DNA from: the human T2T-CHM13v2.0 reference genome, Homo sapiens
Reading direction: 5' to 3' (one strand)
Assembly: GCF_009914755.1 (NCBI RefSeq)
Contig: NC_060938.1
Length of the DNA: 64,000 nucleotides
Shown: positions 42,001 through 57,000 of the stretch, one piece after another
Position numbering within the stretch: the first letter of the stretch is position 1
Layout of the letters: each line of letters opens with the position of its first letter
Position numbers and translations under genes: made by a program
The notes under the pieces: model-generated
The model's input: only the letters and a program-made list of their open reading frames with translations
The model's database searches: none
Told to the model about the DNA's origin: nothing

Positions 42001-45000
42001 CTGTGACTTGAATGCAGACATCACAGAGCAGTTTCTGAGAATGCTTCTGTCTAGATTTTATAGGAAGATATTCCCGTTTCCAACGAAATCTTCACAGCTA
42101 TCCAAATATCCACTTGCAGATTCTACAAAAAGAGTGTATCAAAACTGCTCTGTCAAAAGGAAGGTTCTTCTCTGTTAGGTGAGTGCATACGTCATAAAGG
42201 AGTTTCTGAGAATGTTTCTGTCTAGTGGTTATGGGAAGATATTTGCTTTTTCCCCGTAGGCCTCAGGGCGCTCCAAATGTCCACTTGCACATGCTACAAA
42301 AAGAGTGCTTCAAAGCTGCTCTCTGAAAGGGAATGTTCAACTCTATGAGTTGAATGCAAACATCGCAAAGACGTTTCTGAGAATGCTTCTGTCTAGATTT
42401 GATATGAAGATATTCCCGTTTCCAACGAAATCTTCAAATCTATCCAAATGTCCACTTGCAGATTCAACAAAAAGTGTTTTTCAGAACTGCTCTATCAAAA
42501 GAAAGATCCACCTCTGTTAGCTGAGTTCAGACATCACAAACAAGTTTATGAGAATGCTTCTGTCTAGTTTTTATTTGAAGATATTTCCTTTCTCACCATA
42601 GACCTGAAAGCTGTCCTAATGTTCACTTCCAGTTACTACAGAAAGAGTGTTTCAAAACTGCTGTACGAAAGGGAATGTTCAACTCTGTGACTTGAATGCA
42701 CACATCACAAAGAAGTTTCTGAGGATGCTGCTGTCTACTTTTTATACTTAATCCCGTTTCCAACGAAATCCTCCAAGCTATCCAAATATCCACTTGCAGA
42801 TTCCACAGAAAGACTGTTTCAAAACTGCTCTGTCAATAGAAAGGTTCAACTCTGTTAGCTGCGTGCATATATCCCAAAGAAGATTCTGAGATTGCTTCTG
42901 TCTAGTTTTTATGGGAAGATATTTCCCTTTTCACCGTAGGCGTCCAGGCGCTCCAAATGTCCACTTCCAGATACTACAAAAAGAGTGTTTCAAACCTACT
43001 CTGTGAAAGGGAATATTCAACTCTGTGACTTGAATGCACATATCACAAGGAAGTTTCTGAGAATGCTTCTGTCGAGATTTTATATGAAGATATTCCCGTT
43101 TCCAACGAAATCCTGAAATCTATCCAAATATCCCCTCGCAGATTCTACAAAAAGAGTGTTTCAAAACTGCTCTCTAAAAAGGAAGGTTCAACTCTGTTAG
43201 TTGAGTACACACATCACAAACAAGTTTCACAGAATGCTTCTTTCTAGCTTGTAGGGGAAGATATTCCCTTTATCACCATGGGCCTCCAACCGTCCGATAA
43301 GTCCACTTCCATATACTACAAAAAGAGCGTTTCAAACCTGCTCTATGAAAGGCAATGTTCAACTCTGTGACTTGAATGCAGACATCACAGAGCAGTTTCT
43401 GAGAATGCTTCTGTCTAGATTTTATAGGAAGATATTCCCGTTTCCAACGAAATCTTCACAGCTATCCAAATATCCACTTGCAGATTCTACAAAAAGAGTG
43501 TATCAAAACTGCTCTGTCAAAAGGAAGGTTCTTCTCTGTTAGGTGAGTGCATACGTCATAAAGGAGTTTCTGAGAATGTTTCTGTCTAGTGGTTATGGGA
43601 AGATATTTGCTTTTTCACCGTAGGCCTCAGAGCGCTCCAAATATCCACTTGCACATACTACAAAAAGAGTGCTTCAAAGCTGGTCTCTGAAACGGAATGT
43701 TCAACTCTATGAGTTGAATGCAAACATCACAAAGACGTTTCTGAGAATGCTTCTGTCTAGATTTGATATGAAGATATTCCCGTTTCCAACGAAATCTTCA
43801 AATCTATCCAAATGTCCACTTGCAGATTCAACAAAAAGTGTTTTTCAGAACTGCTCTATCAAAAGAAAGATCCACCTCTGTTAGCTGAGTTCACACATCA
43901 CAAACAAGTTTATGAGAATGCTTCTGTCTAGTTTTTATTTGAAGATATTTCCTTTCTCACCATAGAGCTGAAAGCTGTCCTAATGTTCACTTCCAGATAC
44001 TACAGAAAGAGTGTTTCAAAACTGCTGTACGAAAGGGAATGTTCAACTCTGTGACTTGAATGCACACATCACAAAGAAGTTTCTGAGGATGCTGCTGTCT
44101 ACTTTTTATACGTAATCCCGTTTCCAACGAAATCCTCCAAGCTATCCAAATATCCACTTGCAGATTCCACAGAAAGGCTGTTTCAAAACTGCTCTGTCAA
44201 TAGAAAGGTTCAACTCTGTTAGCTGCGTGCATATATCCCAAAGAAGATTCTGAGATTGCTTCTGTCTAGTTTTTATGGGAAGATATTTCCCTTTTCACCG
44301 TAGGTGTCAAGGCGCTCCAAATGTCCACTTCCAGATACTACAAAAAGAGTGTTTCCAACCTACTCTGTGAAAGGGAATATTCAACTCTGTGACTTGAATG
44401 CACATATCACAAAGAAGTTTCTGAGAATGCTTCTGTCGAGATTTTATATGAAGATATTCCCGTTTCCAACGAAATCCTGAAATGTATCCAAATATCCCCT
44501 CGCAGATTCTACAAAAAGAGTGTTTCAAAACTGCTCTGTAAAAAGAAAGGTTCAACTCTGTTAGTTGAGTACACACATCACAAACAAGTTTCACACAATG
44601 CTTCTTTCTAGCTTGTAGGGGAAGATATTCCCTTTATCACCATGGGCCTCAAACCGTCTGAAACGTCCACTTCCATATACTACAAAAAGAGCATTTCAAA
44701 CCTGCTCTATGAAAGGCAATGTTCAACTCTGTGACTTGAATGCAGACATCACAGAGCAGTTTCTGAGAATGCTTCTGTCTAGATTTTATAGGAAGATATT
44801 CCCGTTTCCAACGAAATCTTCACAGCTATCCAAATATCCACTTGCAGATTCTACAAAAAGAGTGTATCAAAACTGCTCTGTCAAAAGGAAGGTTCTTCTC
44901 TGTTAGGTGAGTGCATACGTCATAAAGGAGTTTCTGAGAATGTTTCTGTCTAGTGGTTATGGGAAGATATTTCCTTTTTCCCCGTAGGCCTCAGGGCGCT

Positions 45001-48000
45001 CCAAATGTCCACTTGCACATGCTACAAAAAGAGTGCTTCAAAGCTGCTCTCTGAAAGGGAATGTTCAACTCTATGAGTTGAATGCAAACATCACAAAGAC
45101 GTTTCTGAGAATGCTTCTGTCTAGATTTGATATGAAGATATTCCCGTTTCCAACGAAATCTTCAAATCTATCCAAATGTCCACTTGCAGATTCAACAAAA
45201 AGTGTTTTTCAGAACTGCTCTATCAAAAGAAAGATCCACCTCTGTTAGCTGAGTTCAGACATCACAAACAAGTTTATGAGAATGCTTCTGTCTAGTTTTT
45301 ATTTGAAGATATTTCCTTTCTCACCATAGACCTGAAAGCTGTCCTAATGTTCACTTCCAGTTACTACAGAAAGAGTGTTTCAAAACTGCTGTACGAAAGG
45401 GAATGTTCAACTCTGTGACTTGAATGCACACATCACAAAGAAGTTTCTGAGGATGCTGCTGTCTACTTTTTATACTTAATCCCGTTTCCAACGAAATCCT
45501 CCAAGCTATCCAAATATCCACTTGCAGATTCCACAGAAAGACTGTTTCAAAACTGCTCTGTCAATAGAAAGGTTCAACTCTGTTAGCTGCGTGCATATAT
45601 CCCAAAGAAGATTCTGAGATTGCTTCTGTCTAGTTTTTATGGGAAGATATTTCCCTTTTCACCGTAGGCGTCAAGGCGCTCCAAATGTCCACTTCCAGAT
45701 ACTACAAAAAGAGTGTTTCAAACCTACTCTGTGAAAGGGAATATTCAACTCTGTGACTTGAATGCACATATCACAAGGAAGTTTCTGAGAATGCTTCTGT
45801 CGAGATTTTATATGAAGATATTCTCGTTTACAACGAAATCCTGAAATCTATCCAAATATCCCCTCGCAGATTCTACAAAAAGAGTGTTTCAAAACTGCTC
45901 TGTAAAAAGAAAGGTTCAACTCTGTTAGTTGAGTACACACATCACAAACAAGTTTCACAGAATGCTTCTTTCTAGCTTGTAGGGGAAGATATTCCCTTTA
46001 TCACCATGGGCCTCCAACCGTCCGAAACATCCACTTCCATATACTACAAAAAGAGCGTTTCAAACCTGCTCTATGAAAGGCAATGTTCAACTCTGTGACT
46101 TGAATGCAGACATCACAGAGCAGTTTCTGAGAATGCTTCTGTCTAGATTTTATAGGAAGATATTCCCGTTTCCAACGAAATCTTCACAGCTATCCAAATA
46201 TCCACTTGCAGATTCTACAAAAAGAGTGTATCAAAACTGCTCTGTCAAAAGGAAGGTTCTTCTCTGTTAGGTGAGTGCATACGTCATAAAGGAGTTTCTG
46301 AGAATGTTTCTGTCTAGTGGTTATGGGAAGATATTTGCTTTTTCCCCGTAGGCCTCAGGGCGCTCCAAATGTCCACTTGCACATGCTACAAAAAGAGTGC
46401 TTCAAAGCTGCTCTCTGAAAGGGAATGTTCAACTCTATGAGTTGAATGCAAACATCACAAAGACGTTTCTGAGAATGCTTCTGTCTAGATTTGATATGAA
46501 GATATTCCCGTTTCCAACGAAATCTTCAAATCTATCCAAATGTCCACTTGCAGATTCAACAAAAAGTGTTTTTCAGAACTGCTCTATCAAAAGAAAGATC
46601 CACCTCTGTTAGCTGAGTTCAGACATCACAAACAAGTTTATGAGAATGCTTCTGTCTAGTTTTTATTTGAAGATATTTCCTTTCTCACCATAGACCTGAA
46701 AGCTGTCCTAATGTTCACTTCCAGTTACTACAGAAAGAGTGTTTCAAAACTGCTGTACGAAAGGGAATGTTCAACTCTGTGACTTGAATGCACACATCAC
46801 AAAGAAGTTTCTGAGGATGCTGCTGTCTACTTTTTATACGTAATCCCGTTTCCAACGAAATCCTTCAAGCTATCCAAATATCCACTTGCAGATTCCACAG
46901 AAAGACTGTTTCAAAACTGCTCTGTCAATAGAAAGGTTCAACTCTGTTAGCTGCGTGCATATATCCCAAAGAAGATTCTGAGATTGCTTCTGTCTAGTTT
47001 TTATGGGAAGATATTTCCCTTTTCACCGTAGGCGTCCAGGCGCTCCAAATGTCCACTTCCAGATACTACAAAAAGAGTGTTTCAAACCTACTCTGTGAAA
47101 GGGAATATTCAACTCTGTGACTTGAATGCACATATCACAAGGAAGTTTCTGAGAATGCTTCTGTCGAGATTTTATATGAAGATATTCCCGTTTCCAACGA
47201 AATGCTGAAATGTATCCAAATATCCCCTCGCAGATTCTACAAAAAGAGTGTTTCAAAACTGCTCTGTAAAAAGAAAGGTTCAACTCTGTTAGTTGAGTAC
47301 ACACATCACAAACTAGTTTCACAGAATGCTTCTTTCTAGCTTGTAGGGGAAGATATTCCCTTTATCACCATGGGCCTCAAACCGTCCGAAAAGTCCACTT
47401 CCATATACTACAAAAAGAGCGTTTCAAACCTGCTCTATGAAAGGCAATGTTCAACTCTGTGACTTGAATGCAGACATCACAGAGCAGTTTCTGAGAATGC
47501 TTCTGTCTAGATTTTATAGGAAGATATTCCCGTTTCCAACGAAATCTTCACAGCTATCCAAATATCCACTTGCAGATTCTACAAAAAGAGTGTATCAAAA
47601 CTGCTCTGTCAAAAGGAAGGTTCTTTTCTGTTAGGTGAGTGCATACGTCATAAAGGAGTTTCTGAGAATGTTTCTGTCTAGTGGTTATGGGAAGATATTT
47701 GCTTTTTCACCGTAGGCCTCAGAGCGCTCCAAATATCCACTTGCACATACTACAAAAAGAGTGCCTCAAAGCTGCTCTCTGTAACGGAATGTTCAACTCT
47801 ATGAGTTGAATGCAAACATCACAAAGACGTTTCTGAGAATGCTTCTGTCTAGATTTGATATGAAGATCTTCCCGTTTCCAACGAAATCTTCAAATCTATC
47901 CAAATGTCCACTTGCAGATTCAACAGAAAGTGTTTTTCAGAACTGCTCTATCAAAAGAAAGATCCACCTCTGTTAGCTGAGTTCAGACATCACAAACAAG

Positions 48001-51000
48001 TTTATGAGAATGCTTCTGTCTAGTTTTTATTTGAAGATATTTCCTTTCTCACCATAGACCTGAAAGCTGTCCTAATGTTCACTTCCAGTTACTACAGAAA
48101 GAGTGTTTCAAAACTGCTGTACGAAAGGGAATGTTCAACTCTGTGACTTGAATGCACACATCACAAAGAAGTTTCTGAGGATGCTGCTGTCTACTTTTTA
48201 TACTTAATCCCGTTTCCAACGAAATCCTCCAAGCTATCCAAATATCCACTTGCAGATTCCACAGAAAGACTGTTTCAAAACTGCTCTGTCAATAGAAAGG
48301 TTCAACTCTGTTAGCTGCGTGCATATATCCCAAAGAAGATTCTGAGATTGCTTCTGTCTAGTTTTTATGGGAAGATATTTCCCTTTTCACCGTAGGCGTC
48401 AAGGCGCTCCAAATGTCCACTTCCAGATACTACAAAAAGAGTGTTTCAAACCTACTCTGTGAAAGGGAATATTCAACTCTGTGACTTGAATGCACATATC
48501 ACAAGGAAGTTTCTGAGAATGCTTCTGTCGAGATTTTATATGAAGATATTCCCGTTTCCAACGAAATCCTGAAATCTATCCAAATATCCCCTCGCAGATT
48601 CTACAAAAAGAGTGTTTCAAAACTGCTCTGTAAAAAGAAAGGTTCAACTCTGTTAGTTGAGTACACACATCACAAACAAGTTTCACAGAATGCTTCTTTC
48701 TAGCTTGTAGGGGAAGATATTCCCTTTATCACCATGGGCCTCAAACCGTCCGATAAGTCCACTTCCATATACTACAAAAAGAGCGTTTCAAACCTGCTCT
48801 ATGAAAGGCAATGTTCAACTCTGTGACTTGAATGCAGACATCACAGAGCAGTTTCTGAGAATGCTTCTGTCTAGATTTTATAGGAAGATATTCCCGTTTC
48901 CAACGAAATCTTCACAGCTATCCAAATATCCACTTGCAGATTCTACAAAAAGAGTGTATCAAAACTGCTCTGTCAAAAGGAAGGTTCTTTTCTGTTAGGT
49001 GAGTGCATACGTCATAAAGGAGTTTCTGAGAATGTTTCTGTCTAGTGGTTATGGGAAGATATTTGCTTTTTCACCGTAGGCCTCAGAGCGCTCCAAATAT
49101 CCACTTGCACATACTACAAAAAGAGTGCCTCAAAGCTGCTCTCTGAAACGGAATGTTCAACTCTATGAGTTGAATGCAAACATCGCAAAGACGTTTCTGA
49201 GAATGCTTCTGTCTAGATTTGATATGAAGATATTCCCGTTTCCAACGAAATCTTCAAATCTATCCAAATGTCCACTTGCAGATTCAACAAAAAGTGTTTT
49301 TCAGAACTGCTCTATCAAAAGAAAGATCCACCTCTGTTAGCTGAGTTCACACATCACAAACAAGTTTATGAGAATGCTTCTGTCTAGTTTTTATTTGAAG
49401 ATATTTCCTTTCTCACCATAGAGCTGAAAGCTGTCCTAATGTTCACTTCCAGATACTACAGAAAGAGTGTTTCAAAACTGCTGTACGAAAGGGAATGTTC
49501 AACTCTGTGACTTGAATGCACACATCACAAAGAAGTTTCTGAGGATGCTGCTGTCTACTTTTTATACGTAATCCCGTTTCCAACGAAATCCTCCAAGCTA
49601 TCCAAATATCCACTTGCAGATTCCACAGAAAGACTGTTTCAAAACTGCTCTGTCAATAGAAAGGTTCAACTCTGTTAGCTGCGTGCATATATCCCAAAGA
49701 AGATTCTGAGATTGCTTCTGTCTAGTTTTTATGGGAAGATATTTCCCTTTTCACCGTAGGTGTCAAGGCGCTCCAAATGTCCACTTCCAGATACTACAAA
49801 AAGAGTGTTTCAAACCTACTCTGTGAAAGGGAATATTCAACTCTGTGACTTGAATGCACATATCACAAAGAAGTTTCTGAGAATGCTTCTGTCGAGATTT
49901 TATATGAAGATATTCCCGTTTCCAACGAAATGCTGAAATCTATCCAAATATCCCCTCGCAGATTCTACAAAAAGAGTGTTTCAAAACTGCTCTGTGAAAA
50001 GAAAGGTTCAACTCTGTTAGTTGAGTACACACATCACAAACAAGTTTCACAGAATGCTTCTTTCTAGCTTGTAGGGGAAGATATTCCCTTTATCACCATG
50101 GGCCTCAAACCGTCCGAAAAGTCCACTTCCATATACTACAAAAAGAGCGTTTCAAACCTGCTCTATGAAAGGCAATGTTCAACTCTGTGACTTGAATGCA
50201 GACATCACAGAGCAGTTTCTGAGAATGCTTCTGTCTAGATTTTATAGGAAGATATTCCCGTTTCCAACGAAATCTTCACAGCTATCCAAATATCCACTTG
50301 CAGATTCTACAAAAAGAGTGTATCAAAACTGCTCTGTCAAAAGGAAGGTTCTTTTCTGTTAGGTGAGTGCATACGTCATAAAGGAGTTTCTGAGAATGTT
50401 TCTGTCTAGTGGTTATGGGAAGATATTTGCTTTTTCACCGTAGGCCTCAGAGCGCTCCAAATATCCACTTGCACATACTACAAAAAGAGTGCCTCAAAGC
50501 TGCTCTCTGAAACGGAATGTTCAACTCTATGAGTTGAATGCAAACATCGCAAAGACGTTTCTGAGAATGCTTCTGTCTAGATTTGATATGAAGATATTCC
50601 CGTTTCCAACGAAATCTTCAAATCTATCCAAATGTCCACTTGCAGATTCAACAAAAAGTGTTTTTCAGAACTGCTCTATCAAAAGAAAGATCCACCTCTG
50701 TTAGCTGAGTTCACACATCACAAACAAGTTTATGAGAATGCTTCTGTCTAGTTTTTATTTGAAGATATTTCCTTTCTCACCATAGAGCTGAAAGCTGTCC
50801 TAATGTTCACTTCCAGATACTACAGAAAGAGTGTTTCAAAACTGCTGTACGAAAGGGAATGTTCAACTCTGTGACTTGAATGCACACATCACAAAGAAGT
50901 TTCTGAGGATGCTGCTGTCTACTTTTTATACGTAATCCCGTTTCCAACGAAATCCTCCAAGCTATCCAAATATCCACTTGCAGATTCCACAGAAAGACTG

Positions 51001-54000
51001 TTTCAAAACTGCTCTGTCAATAGAAAGGTTCAACTCTGTTAGCTGCGTGCATATATCCCAAAGAAGATTCTGAGATTGCTTCTGTCTACTTTTTATGGGA
51101 AGATATTTCCCTTTTCACCGTAGGTGTCAAGGCGCTCCAAATGTCCACTTCCAGATACTACAAAAAGAGTGTTTCTAACCTACTCTGTGAAAGGGAATAT
51201 TCAACTCTGTGACTTGAATGCACATATCACAAAGAAGTTTCTGAGAATGCTTCTGTCGAGATTTTATATGAAGATATTCCCGTTTCCAACGAAATCCTGA
51301 AATCTATCCAAATATCCCCTCGCAGATTCTACAAAAAGAGTGTTTCAAAACTGCTCTGTGAAAAGGAAGGTTCAACTCTGTTAGTTGAGTACACACATCA
51401 CAAACAAGTTTCACGGAATGCTTCTTTCTAGCTTGTAGGGAAAGATATTCCCTTTATCACCATGGGCCTCCAACCGTCCGAAACATCCACTTCCATATAC
51501 TACAAAAAGAGCGTTTCAAACCTGCTCTATGAAAGGCAATGTTCAACTCTGTGACTTGAATGCAGACATCACAGAGCAGTTTCTGAGAATGCTTCTGTCT
51601 AGATTTTATAGGAAGCTATTCCCGTTTCCAACGAAATCTTCACAGCTATCCAAATATCCACTTGCAGATTCTACAAAAAGAGTGTATCAAAACTGCTCTG
51701 TCAAAAGGAAGGTTCTTTTCTGTTAGGTGAGTGCATACGTCATAAAGGAGTTTCTGAGAATGTTTCTGTCTAGTGGTTATGGGAAGATATTTGCTTTTTC
51801 ACCGTAGGCCTCAGAGGGCTCCAAATATCCACTTGCACATACTACAAAAAGAGTGCCTCAAAGCTGCTCTCTGAAACGGAATGTGCAACTCTATGAGTTG
51901 AATGCAAACATCGCAAAGACGTTTCTGAGAATGCTTCTGTCTAGATTTGATATGAAGATATTCCCGTTTCCAACGAAATCTTCAAATCTATCCAAATGTC
52001 CACTTGCAGATTCAACAAAAAGTGTTTTTCAGAACTGCTCTATCAAAAGAAAGATCCACCTCTGTTAGCTGAGTTCACACATCACAAACAAGTTTATGAG
52101 AATGCTTCTGTCTAGTTTTTATTTGAAGATATTTCCTTTCTCACCATAGAGCTGAAAGCTGTCCTAATGTTCACTTCCAGATACTACAGAAAGAGTGTTT
52201 CAAAACTGCTGTACGAAAGGGAATGTTCAACTCTGTGACTTGAATGCACACATCACAAAGAAGTTTCTGAGGATGCTGCTGTCTACTTTTTATACGTAAT
52301 CCCGTTTCCAACGAAATCCTCCAAGCTATCCAAATATCCACTTGCAGATTCCACAGAAAGACTGTTTCAAAACTGCTCTGTCAATAGAAAGGTTCAACTC
52401 TGTTAGCTGCGTGCATATATCCCAAAGAAGATTCTGAGATTGCTTCTGTCTAGTTTTTATGGGAAGATATTTCCCTTTTCACCGTAGGCGTCAAGGCGCT
52501 CCAAATGTCCACTTCCAGATACTACAAAAAGAGTGTTTCTAACCTACTCTGTGAAAGGGAATATTCAACTCTGTGACTTGAATGCACATATCACAAAGAA
52601 GTTTCTGAGAATGCTTCTGTCGAGATTTTATATGAAGATATTCCCGTTTCCAACGAAATCCTGAAATCTATCCAAATATCCCCTCGCAGATTCTACAAAA
52701 AGAGTGTTTCAAAACTGCTCTGTGAAAAGGAAGGTTCAACTCTGTTAGTTGAGTACACACATCACAAACAAGTTTCACAGAATGCTTCTTTCTAGCTTGT
52801 AGGGAAAGATATTCCCTTTATCACCATGGGCCTCCAACCGTCCGAAACATCCACTTCCATATACTACAAAAAGAGCGTTTCAAACCTGCTCTATGAAAGG
52901 CAATGTTCAACTCTGTGACTTGAATGCAGACATCACAGAGCAGTTTCTGAGAATGCTTCTGTCTAGATTTTATAGGAAGCTATTCCCGTTTCCAACGAAA
53001 TCTTCACAGCTATCCAAATATCCACTTGCAGATTCTACAAAAAGAGTGTATCAAAACTGCTCTGTCAAAAGGAAGGTTCTTCTCTGTTAGGTGAGTGCAT
53101 ACGTCATAAAGGAGTTTCTGAGAATGTTTCTGTCTAGTGGTTATGGGAAGATATTTGCTTTTTCCCCGTAGGCCTCAGGGCGCTCCAAATGTCCACTTGC
53201 ACATGCTACAAAAAGAGTGCTTCAAAGCTGCTCTCTGAAAGGGAATGTTCAACTCTATGAGTTGAATGCAAACATCACAAAGACGTTTCTGAGAATGCTT
53301 CTGTCTAGATTTGATATGAAGATATTCCCGTTTCCAACGAAATCTTCAAATCTATCCAAATGTCCACTTGCAGATTCAACAAAAAGTGTTTTTCAGAACT
53401 GCTCTATCAAAAGAAAGATCCACCTCTGTTAGCTGAGTTCAGACATCACAAATAAGTTTATGAGAATGCTTCTGTCTAGTTTTTATTTGAAGATATTTCC
53501 TTTCTCACCATAGACCTGAAAGCTGTCCTAATGTTCACTTCCAGTTACTACAGAAAGAGTGTTTCAAAACTGCTGTACGAAAGGGAATGTTCAACTCTGT
53601 GACTTGAATGCACACATCACAAAGAAGTTTCTGAGGATGCTGCTGTCTACTTTTTATACTTAATCCCGTTTCCAACGAAATCCTCCAAGCTATCCAAATA
53701 TCCACTTGCAGATTCCACAGAAAGACTGTTTCAAAACTGCTCTGTCAATAGAAAGGTTCAACTCTGTTAGCTGCGTGCATATATCCCAAAGAAGATTCTG
53801 AGATTGCTTCTGTCTAGTTTTTATGGGAAGATATTTCCCTTTTCACCGTAGGCGTCAAGGCGCTCCAAACGTCCACTTCCAGATACTACAAAAAGAGTGT
53901 TTCAAACCTACTCTGTGAAAGGGAGTATTCAACTCTGTGACTTGAATGCACATATCACAAGGAAGTTTCTGAGAATGCTTCTGTCGAGATTTTATATGAA

Positions 54001-57000
54001 GATATTCTCGTTTACAACGAAATCCTGAAATCTATCCAAATATCCCCTCGCAGATTCTACAAAAAGAGTGTTTCAAAACTGCTCTGTAAAAAGAAAGGTT
54101 CAACTCTGTTAGTTGAGTACACACATCACAAACAAGTTTCACAGAATGCTTCTTTCTAGCTTGTAGGGGAAGATATTCCCTTTATCACCATGGGCCTCCA
54201 ACCGTCCGAAACATCCACTTCCATATACTACAAAAAGAGCGTTTCAAACCTGCTCTATGAAAGGCAATGTTCAACTCTGTGACTTGAATGCAGACATCAC
54301 AGAGCAGTTTCTGAGAATGCTTCTGTCTAGATTTTATAGGAAGATATTCCCGTTTCCAACGAAATCTTCACAGCTATCCAAATATCCACTTGCAGATTCT
54401 ACAAAAAGAGTGTATCAAAACTGCTCTGTCAAAAGGAAGGTTCTTCTCTGTTAGGTGAGTGCATACGTCATAAAGGAGTTTCTGAGAATGTTTCTGTCTA
54501 GTGGTTATGGGAAGATATTTGCTTTTTCCCCGTAGGCCTCAGGGCGCTCCAAATGTCCACTTGCACATGCTACAAAAAGAGTGCTTCAAAGCTGCTCTCT
54601 GAAAGGGAATGTTCAACTCTATGAGTTGAATGCAAACATCACAAAGACGTTTCTGAGAATGCTTCTGTCTAGATTTGATATGAAGATATTCCCGTTTCTA
54701 ACGAAATCTTCAAATCTATCCAAATGTCCACTTGCAGATTCAACAAAAAGTGTTTTTCAGAACTGCTCTATCAAAAGAAAGATCCACCTCTGTTAGCTGA
54801 GTTCAGACATCACAAACAAGTTTATGAGAATGCTTCTGTCTAGTTTTTATTTGAAGATATTTCCTTTCTCACCATAGACCTGAAAGCTGTCCTAATGTTC
54901 ACTTCCAGTTACTACAGAAAGAGTGTTTCAAAACTGCTGTACGAAAGGGAATGTTCAACTCTGTGACTTGAATGCACACATCACAATGAAGTTTCTGAGG
55001 ATGCTGCTGTCTACTTTTTATACTTAATCCCGTTTCCAACGAAATCCTTCAAGCTATCCAAATATCCACTTGCAGATTCCACAGAAAGACTGTTTCAAAA
55101 CTGCTCTGTCAATAGAAAGGTTCAACTCTGTTAGCTGCGTGCATATATCCCAAAGAAGATTCTGAGATTGCTTCTGTCTAGTTTTTATGGGAAGATATTT
55201 CCCTTTTCACCGTAGGCGTCCAGGCGCTCCAAATGTCCACTTCCAGATACTACAAAAAGAGTGTTTCAAACCTACTCTGTGAAAGGGAATATTCAACTCT
55301 GTGACTTGAATGCACATATCACAAGGAAGTTTCTGAGAATGCTTCTGTCGAGATTTTATATGAAGATATTCCCGTTTCCAACGAAATGCTGAAATGTATC
55401 CAAATATCCCCTCGCAGATTCTACAAAAAGAGTGTTTCAAAACTGCTCTGTAAAAAGAAAGGTTCAACTCTGTTAGTTGAGTACACACATCACAAACTAG
55501 TTTCACAGAATGCTTCTTTCTAGCTTGTAGGGGAAGATATTCCCTTTATCACCATGGGCCTCAAACCGTCCGAAAAGTCCACTTCCATATACTACAAAAA
55601 GAGCGTTTCAAACCTGCTCTATGAAAGGCAATGTTCAACTCTGTGACTTGAATGCAGACATCACAGAGCAGTTTCTGAGAATGCTTCTGTCTAGATTTTA
55701 TAGGAAGATATTCCCGTTTCCAACGAAATCTTCACAGCTATCCAAATATCCACTTGCAGATTCTACAAAAAGAGTGTATCAAAACTGCTCTGTCAAAAGG
55801 AAGGTTCTTTTCTGTTAGGTGAGTGCATACGTCATAAAGGAGTTTCTGAGAATGTTTCTGTCTAGTGGTTATGGGAAGATATTTGCTTTTTCACCGTAGG
55901 CCTCAGAGCGCTCCAAATATCCACTTGCACATACTACAAAAAGAGTGCCTCAAAGCTGCTCTCTGAAACGGAATGTTCAACTCTATGAGTTGAATGCAAA
56001 CATCACAAAGACGTTTCTGAGAATGCTTCTGTCTAGATTTGATATGAAGATATTCCCGTTTCCAACGAAATCTTCAAATCTATCCAAATGTCCACTTGCA
56101 GATTCAACAGAAAGTGTTTTTCAGAACTGCTCTATCAAAAGAAAGATCCACCTCTGTTAGCTGAGTTCACACATCACAAACAAGTTTATGAGAATGCTTC
56201 TGTCTAGTTTTTATTTGAAGATATTTCCTTTCTCACCATAGAGCTGAAAGCTGTCCTAATGTTCACTTCCAGATACTACAGAAAGAGTGTTTCAAAACTG
56301 CTGTACGAAAGGGAATGTTCAACTCTGTGACTTGAATGCACACATCACAAAGAAGTTTCTGAGGATGCTGCTGTCTACTTTTTATACGTAATCCCGTTTC
56401 CAACGAAATCCTCCAAGCTATCCAAATATCCACTTGCAGATTCCACAGAAAGACTGTTTCAAAACTGCTCTGTCAATAGAAAGGTTCAACTCTGTTAGCT
56501 GCGTGCATATATCCCAAAGAAGATTCTGAGATTGCTTCTGTCTAGTTTTTATGGGAAGATATTTCCCTTTTCACCGTAGGTGTCAAGGCGCTCCAAATGT
56601 CCACTTCCAGATACTACAAAAAGAGTGTTTCAAACCTACTCTGTGAAAGGGAATATTCAACTCTGTGACTTGAATGCACATATCACAAAGAAGTTTCTGA
56701 GAATGCTTCTGTCGAGATTTTATATGAAGATATTCCCGTTTCCAACGAAATCCTGAAATCTATCCAAATATCCCCTCGCAGATTCCACAAAAAGAGTGTT
56801 TCAAAACTGCTCTTTAAAAAGAAAGGTTCAACTCTGTTAGTTGAGTACACACATCACAAACAAGTTTCACAGAATGCTTCTTTCTAGCTTGTAGGGGAAG
56901 ATATTCCCTTTATCACCATGGGCCTCAAACCGTCCGATAAGTCCACTTCCATATACTACAAAAAGAGCGTTTCAAACCTGCTCTATGAAAGGCAACGTTC

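Noticed and set aside
6127-55506. 95-aa and 99-aa minus-strand ORFs with Cys/His patterns resembling zinc fingers
   Set aside because: They appear only where a single SNP (tctatcc>tgtatcc) removes a stop codon. They are typical alpha-satellite translations and useful only as variant markers.
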